In this document: positions 57,660 to 64,000 of the stretch, in pieces
Numbering within the stretch: position 1 is the first letter of the stretch
Layout: each line of letters starts with the position of its first letter
Assembly (NCBI GenBank): GCA_000091205.1
Contig: AP006501.2
Direction: 5' to 3' (one strand)
From: Cyanidioschyzon merolae
Lineage: Eukaryota
Length of the DNA stretch: 64,000 nucleotides
Position numbers and translations under genes: made by a program
The notes under the pieces: model-generated
Seen by the model: only the letters and a program-made list of their open reading frames with translations
Database searches by the model: none
What the model was told of the DNA's origin: nothing

Positions 57660-58538
57660 TCAACTAGCTGTGGCCGATAATCGTTTGTTCTGAACCTGGC
57701 GGCGACGCTGGTCAAAGTCCGTGAACCCCACCATTTCTGAGAGCGCTGCGGTTGGCGCTTCAGCCAGGTGCCCTCGATTACCCTCCAGTTCCAATCGTTG
57801 TAAAGCACCGAGTTCGATAAAGAGATCGACGGGCAGCGATTCTAAACGATTATGGTCCAAACACAGCTGCCGCAAGTTTTGCAAACCCCGCAACGACTCG
57901 ATATTTAAGGTTTGCAATTCATTTCGGGATAGGATCAACACTTCAAGCGCTGGAAAGGATTTGCTCAGCCATTTCGGGAGAGAGCTGATGTGATTTCCCG
58001 CGAGGTTGAGATACCGCAAGCAGGGAAAAACGATGTTCCTGCATGCATCAGGGACGCACGGCAGACGATTATCGCTTAACGATAGCCACTGCAGTGGCGA
58101 CGTCGGCTTGACACCGGACACCGGGTCTGGCTCGTGCTGCGCTTGTACACTCAAGTTGGCGCGGTGTTCGGTTGTGTGCAGGTCACCAATAGCATTTCGC
58201 GCCAGGTTAAGCGACCAAAGACGCGGCAGGGCGTATAGCAGTGCAGCTGGTACCGTGACTAGCTCGTTTTCGGACAGATCCAGTCGCTCCAGGCTCCGCA
58301 AGTGTTCCAGAAGCGAAGATGGAAACGTTTTCACCCCGCCATAGCGAGCGTAGAGCACTCGAACCCGCTCGCCGTGCTTCAACAGCTGAGGCACAGCGCG
58401 GTCCCAGTGGATGCTTTGAACCGATGCCACACCAGTTTGCAACCAGCGCTGTGCGCTTTCATCTTCGTTTCTGGAGTGCAGCGGATGTGAAGCTTCCCTA
58501 CTGCGTGCTCCAAAGCAGTCTGCGAGTACGTTCCCCAT
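57660..58538 (-). CDS. Leucine-rich repeat protein
   Basis: Has at least 8 LxxLxLxxNxL repeats (LERLDLSENELVTVP, LWSLNLARNAIGDL, LQWLSLSDNRLPCVP, LRYLNLAGNHISSLP, LEVLILSRNELQTL, LRQLCLDHNRLESLP...). The track start at 58559 is GTG and the first ATG is at 58538. Confidence 0.55.
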   Translation of the reverse strand: MGNVLADCFGARSREASHPLHSRNEDESAQRWLQTGVASVQSIHWDRAVPQLLKHGERVRVLYARYGGVKTFPSSLLEHLRSLERLDLSENELVTVPAALLYALPRLWSLNLARNAIGDLHTTEHRANLSVQAQHEPDPVSGVKPTSPLQWLSLSDNRLPCVPDACRNIVFPCLRYLNLAGNHISSLPKWLSKSFPALEVLILSRNELQTLNIESLRGLQNLRQLCLDHNRLESLPVDLFIELGALQRLELEGNRGHLAEAPTAALSEMVGFTDFDQRRRQVQNKRLSATAS

Positions 58539-58619
58539 GAGCGGTAGCTGCAGCAGCACTTGAAGCCATGAGCCCTTTTCGACCTTTCGTTGGTCTGTTC
58601 GGTAGTGGCAGCCGCCAAA

Positions 58620-58740
58620 CTACGCTCTGATGTCGGGCGTCGCCACCAGCGGTGTAGAATAGTGGCGAGAAAGTCGACCCAGAAAAATCGTTTCTAGCTG
58701 TCGTGCAGACGCCTCCCCGTCCTTCTCGACCGGCCACGTA
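58620..58740 (-). ncRNA. Candidate omega-RNA (guide RNA scaffold) region immediately 3' of the RuvC ORF stop codon
   Basis: The non-coding sequence 3' of the stop is conserved between copies for about 110-120 bp (for example gtgcagacgc.tccccgtc, aaatcgt.tc.agctg). It ends where the unrelated host flanks begin. This is by analogy with TnpB/Fanzor loci only. Confidence 0.25.
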
Positions 58741-59856
58741 CTACTGGTTCCATTTTTTTTCATATAGTTCCGCTTTGAGAGGTTGTCCAAGAAAAAGCTC
58801 TCGTGTCCACTCTGAAGGTCTTCTTTCCATCACCGCACATGTCCTTATATTGATAGCGGCATTAAAATCTCGGTTCACAAACTCCATACGTTTCTTGCCA
58901 TTGACTGTACTTAATAATGCGAGTAGTCCTCGAACATTCGCCCACCTTTCCATATGCTCCTCCGTCAGCGGTCCGTACTTTGCTATTTCGTCAGGGCTCC
59001 TCTGGCACTTTTCCATCTCGATCCTTTGAAGTGTACAACACAGTACATGGTGTGTATACGATGTTCGGAACTCATCTACAGGTACTATGACAAAACGTCG
59101 TGCGTACTCCTTATACGTTCTCGTCGTTGGAGCTGGTGTACACCCTTTTTGGGTCTTCGAGCGCGCTGCTCCGTACGCCACTACGAGCCTCTGACATTGA
59201 TCCTCTTTGAGGGCACTCAACCCATTGAAAAAATTCGCGAACGCCCGTTGCCTCCCACAATATAGATTCATACACAGACGAGCCCACCGAGGCTTTGTAT
59301 ATTCATTCCGCAGCGCATCCCAATGAGCAACACGAACATTCATGAATTTCAGAAAAGCTGTAAAGTCCGCTCCGCGGCTCGTCACCTCGCTCAAAGCTTC
59401 TACGTGATCCTTCATTCCTGCATTCCATGTCTCAATTTTCTTCGTTGCATTCATGATTCCCGATTCTCGATAGAATCTTGCTCTCGAGAACCTCAAAAGT
59501 CGCATGTCTTTCTGAAGCAAGTTACCGTCCTTACCATCTTCGGCACGCTTGGGTACAGCGATGGTTATGATATTTGTGTTTCCGGGGTCCGCGCCAACGA
59601 CAAAGTCTATCTCATGCACTTTCAGTGCCGCAGGATCCGCGTCTCTGTTTTCCTCATGCTTCGTCATGGGCGAAGCCGAAGGCACGATAGGAAGAAACGC
59701 CTCCAAGCGCTTGCAGTCTACACACAGGGCTACTCCATCGGTTTCGATCATCCCCGTGAATACCTTTTGCCTGCTAACTTTTGAGACGTCTGAAATCGAA
59801 GAGACTCTTCCAGTACGTGTCAGGGGCTTCGCCGGTGAACTCTGTCCGCCTTCCAT
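58741..59856 (-). CDS. Element ORF B: TnpB/Fanzor-type RuvC nuclease domain with a degenerate zinc-finger insert
   Basis: Ruv[20 protein letters not shown]. Ruv[29 protein letters not shown]/Zn-finger remnant H..CC....C. Ruv[23 protein letters not shown]. The order and spacing are as in TnpB/Fanzor/Cas12. It continues the ORF A reading frame after the +1 shift (shared ...[13 protein letters not shown]). Confidence 0.65.
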   Translation of the reverse strand: MEGGQSSPAKPLTRTGRVSSISDVSKVSRQKVFTGMIETDGVALCVDCKRLEAFLPIVPSASPMTKHEENRDADPAALKVHEIDFVVGADPGNTNIITIAVPKRAEDGKDGNLLQKDMRLLRFSRARFYRESGIMNATKKIETWNAGMKDHVEALSEVTSRGADFTAFLKFMNVRVAHWDALRNEYTKPRWARLCMNLYCGRQRAFANFFNGLSALKEDQCQRLVVAYGAARSKTQKGCTPAPTTRTYKEYARRFVIVPVDEFRTSYTHHVLCCTLQRIEMEKCQRSPDEIAKYGPLTEEHMERWANVRGLLALLSTVNGKKRMEFVNRDFNAAINIRTCAVMERRPSEWTRELFLGQPLKAELYEKKWNQ

Positions 59857-60508
59857 CGAACTCCGGACAGATCCCCTTCATGATGCCATGAAGGACGCCG
59901 GAGTCGATAGTCACATAATGTGACTTGATGTTGCACAACGGAACGACGTTGAAGCGCTTCACCGCTAGGAAAGCCTTCTGTCTTTCCCACTCTTCACTCT
60001 TGTCCTCACTCGGCTTCATCTCCGCCTTGCGTTCGAGTTCACGGTCCAGAAACACGAAATAGCGCAGGATGAGGCGATAATGTCTTTCCTTATCTTTTTT
60101 CAACTCTGATACCTTTGCTGCTTGATTCGCCAGCCCCAGTACCGCACGGTGCTCTTGTATAGGCGCACGGATTACAGAAGCTTCATTCGTGCTCCTGTGT
60201 GACTTCTTCTCATCAACGAATTCGACCTCATCTTCATGCTTGCGATCGTTCGTGATGCCATCGATAATCGCCCATATTCCTTTGCGAGAGATGCCCGGAT
60301 AGAGTGCAAACACCGCGCGTATGATGAAACGTTGGAGCTTCATGGTCATATGGTTCCTCAAGTTCGTGACGTACGTTTTCATCGCCCCGTAGGTGTAAAC
60401 ACTCGAGTCACCCCTGTATCGAGCACCGCCGAAGCGGGATTCGGTGTGATTTTCGTGGAGGGCGTGCACTAGCTCATCTTGCTTCCGCGTTTCCGCTGTA
60501 CCAAGCAT
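59774..60508 (-). CDS. Element ORF A: N-terminal (non-RuvC) half of the Fanzor/TnpB-like protein
   Basis: ATG confirmed at 60506..60508. It is 244 aa and about 95% identical to copy-1 ORF A (36659..37441). It ends at a stop created by a +1 insertion relative to copy 1 (aaaagttagcaggcaaaagg versus aaaacgagcaagcaaaagg). Confidence 0.55.
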   Translation of the reverse strand: MLGTAETRKQDELVHALHENHTESRFGGARYRGDSSVYTYGAMKTYVTNLRNHMTMKLQRFIIRAVFALYPGISRKGIWAIIDGITNDRKHEDEVEFVDEKKSHRSTNEASVIRAPIQEHRAVLGLANQAAKVSELKKDKERHYRLILRYFVFLDRELERKAEMKPSEDKSEEWERQKAFLAVKRFNVVPLCNIKSHYVTIDSGVLHGIMKGICPEFDGRRTEFTGEAPDTYWKSLFDFRRLKS

Positions 60509-60559
60509 CAGATGGCGAATAAAAGTCTTGTCGAATAATTCTTTCCGAACTTCGACTGT

Positions 60560-60883
60560 TTAGATGTCCGTCACGTCGCGATACATCCTCTTCACCAAAT
60601 GCATGAGTCCTGAAGAGGCCTTTACAATACTCAAGGAGTACGACTCGTCATGGGTTCTGATAGCCTCCCGCACTTTTTCCCTGTACGGATCCTTGATATG
60701 TCCAAGAATACAGACTTTCACTTCTGTCTCGTCGTACTGTCGTCTTTCTTGCAGCCATTGGCGTCGGGCTTCCATCTTTTGCTTCTTGGCCCTCTCCAGT
60801 TCCTGTGGACTCGGCACTGTTTTTCGGTTTTTTTTTTCTGGAAACCGGCGACACACTGGGCCTCCGGCATCCTCCACTTCCAC
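60560..60883 (-). CDS. Element ORF0: basic (NLS-like) N-terminal segment of the Fanzor-like protein, separated from ORF A by an in-frame TAA present in both copies
   Basis: Reads ...KKNRKTVPSPQELERAKKQKMEARRQWLQERRQYDETEVKVCILGHIKDPYREKVREAIRTHDESYSLSIVKASSGLMHLVKRMYRDVTDI. Copy 2 has an A10 run where copy 1 has A8, which shifts the N-terminal frame. The in-frame start is GTG. Confidence 0.45.
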   Translation of the reverse strand: MEVEDAGGPVCRRFPEKKNRKTVPSPQELERAKKQKMEARRQWLQERRQYDETEVKVCILGHIKDPYREKVREAIRTHDESYSLSIVKASSGLMHLVKRMYRDVTDI

Positions 60884-61710
60884 TTACGTACATTTCCTTT
60901 TTATTTTTTGAAAAAGGAACCCCCTTTGACTGCTTCTTCTATGAACCGCGAACAATGACTTGAATACACTCTCTTGAGAGTTGAAACACAACGGAATCGA
61001 AAAAATATACTTTGCTACGGCTTCAGAGCGAATACTACTCGTACATTAGAGCAGAATGCTAACGATCAGGATCGCGTTTCACTTCAACGGCGAGAAGCAC
61101 GTCATGTATCATGCCCGCCAGATATGGAGGTACGCGCATCGACCATGCTACACAAAAAAGGAAGAGGAACTAGCAGTTCAATTGCAACGAGATAACGATT
61201 TCTTCTCCCTCTATGATACATATTAAAAGGGAGGCAAGATTTCCATGTAGTCGAAACTTTACTTTCCGGGCGGAAGGCCCTGCGAGCCGGACGAGTCTGC
61301 TAGACCAGTCCTTCATGATCTTCCCAGTGCTCAGTGCTGTGGTGATATTCGAGCAACTCGACCGAAACGCAGTTTATTCTCGGGCCGGGGACGGGTATGC
61401 TGCGTCTGGGCATCGCGCTGGTCGCAGTGGACTCCTACAAAGTCGTTTCGCGCCACACTACACTGTACCTCTGTCTGCGCAGAGTGCATGCTCCCAGGAT
61501 GATATGGAATCCCGACCACGTTTCAGGTGAAGCTTTCCTCGATCCGAATCCCTCAGTGGTATGGCAAAGCCGCTCTGCCTCTATGATGCATCGGCATCAG
61601 CCGTATAAGCGCTTTTGCTGGAGGTCAAAGCGGGCACTCGGCGCCCGATAGAATATACAAAAAGACTAGTACGTCCGAAAGGAGGTACCTTTCATGGAAC
61701 AAAAACGTAG

Positions 61711-62859
<1,149 letters not shown>

Positions 62860-63242
62860 ATGCCAAACGGCTGCGGATTCGATGGCACGCAAGGGTACGC
62901 AATTCGCTGGGGACAGGCGGGCGTTCCCAGGGTATCGGCAAACGATCACGTGCCCCAGTGTACGTACTTGTCGGTGCGACGCGAAAAAGAACCACCGTAT
63001 CCGGGCAGGCTTATTCTGTAGGATTTGATTCTCTACATTAGGCTCTAAACGCACGATGCTAATCTCAAGCATGGCGCTCGCAACGGATGCTGCATCCGCG
63101 GGACACATGGGAGTAACGGCATCCGAGTGCGAAGCTCGAAGGCACGCAGCACCAATGCGCTACAGTGCACACATCGTGAACGCTCGAGGCCCCAGCGATC
63201 TGCTGCGGAGTACGGGATGCGCGTGACTGCCGATCCCGCCAT

Positions 63243-63283
63243 ACATGCACGCACGCACGCGTGCACGCATGCACGCATGCATT
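63243..63283. repeat. (GCAC/GCAT)n alternating purine-pyrimidine tract
   Basis: acatgcacgcacgcacgcgtgcacgcatgcacgcatgcat is seen directly. Confidence 0.6.
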
Positions 63284-64000
63284 CAGATTTGCGTGCTTTC
63301 CATGAGCATTCTGCGGACACGTGTGCACCGATCCCGATGCTCGAATGAAGCGGTTTGCTCTACATCTAGGTACCAGATAAGGGTATGCGCACCAGCAAGA
63401 GTCGCTGGTTCCATCCCGATCGACCTGTGTGAGCGCCGAATGCACGACGATTGTTCAGGCGCACTTTTTTCTCGTAAAAGATCGTTGCATCCATTCGGCG
63501 TCCCCGGGATGCGCGAGTGCTATCGGTTATCGGGGTTTTCATTTCAGCGTTTCCACAGAAGTGCGTATGTTCCGCTGATCCCAGTTGAGCATTATCTTCT
63601 AAAACAGAGCCTTGATGGACGGAACGACGTGTCAACCGCCAAAGAGAACACAGAATGTGCTCAAAAAGAACGCGGCGCCGCTGTGGTCGCGCAGCGTGCC
63701 GAACGTCGTCTCGATGCTCGGCCGAAGAAGTCGGGAACGCGCGCTCCTGCATCGGAACTACTGCCCTGGGCTACCGAGCTCGAGCTGAGGCATCGAAAAA
63801 CGCCCCCGATGCCCTGCACGTGACCGAAGCACCGCACTCTACTGTCCGGATCAGGACCGGGTAGAAGAGAATCTCGGTGTTGGCGGTTAGAGGCACGTTC
63901 CAGCTTTTCCAAAGCACATCGAGTACCGTGATCAACGCTCGTACCAGCGATTGATCTTGCGCACACCAAGCCGGACACTTTTGCGCTAAAGATAAGCCAA

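Larger units (their letters stand above)
58620..61636 (-). mobile_element. TnpB/Fanzor-like RuvC-nuclease element, copy 2 (better preserved), inserted between the divergently transcribed LRR and FabG genes
   Basis: About 3.02 kb, collinear with copy 1. The layout on the minus strand is a 5' region of about 750 bp, ORF0, ORF A, the RuvC ORF, then a roughly 120-bp conserved tail. Confidence 0.65.

Noticed and set aside
35490-61636. The two element copies as the ends of a 26-kb composite transposon
   Set aside because: The intervening DNA carries core housekeeping genes (APC11, BRX1, TGS1, the kinase and others). The copies' 3' halves are about 20% diverged, and each copy has its own host-gene flanks. 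These are two independent insertions.

Overview
This window reads as nuclear DNA from a GC-rich, intron-poor eukaryote, not from a prokaryote. I estimate GC in the high 50s % by eye; I did not compute it. It carries about 25 long, uninterrupted ORFs on both strands with clear eukaryotic identities: a P4-type phospholipid flippase, casein kinase I, a 1,539-aa MAP3K-epsilon/Cdc15-type kinase, APC11, a TGS1-like cap methyltransferase, BRX1, RAD52, a translin-family protein, a SHAQKYF-class MYB, a mitochondrial-type ACP, a FabG with a long N-terminal extension, proline iminopeptidase, a CBP3-like chaperone, and a DUF1279 protein. There are also several bacterial-type proteins with N-terminal extensions (AI-2E transporter, YtqB-like methyltransferase, FabG), which suggests organelle targeting. 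Together with the SHAQKYF MYB, this points to a plastid-bearing protist or alga, but I cannot name the species. Many ORF-track starts are GTG or TTG rather than ATG. I checked the first codons on the sequence and moved those genes to the first in-frame ATG.

The most interesting content is two about 3.05-kb copies of one element in direct orientation on the minus strand, at about 35490..38575 and about 58620..61636. Each encodes what appears to be one disrupted protein of about 700 aa. Its C-terminal half carries the three TnpB/Fanzor/Cas12-type RuvC motifs: GADPG, VDEFRTS and [10 protein letters not shown]. The copies carry different inactivating lesions, have a conserved non-coding tail 3' of the stop codon (a candidate omega-RNA scaffold), and both sit in divergent promoter regions directly upstream of host genes. 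Their divergence is sharply mosaic: about 99% identity across the 5' 1.7 kb and about 80-85% across the 3' nuclease half.

Other features are an older dispersed repeat of about 700 bp (2 copies), a 2 x 138 bp tandem duplication in the RAD52/translin divergent promoter, several CAG-type and alternating purine-pyrimidine microsatellites, and lower-GC tracts with no recognisable genes.
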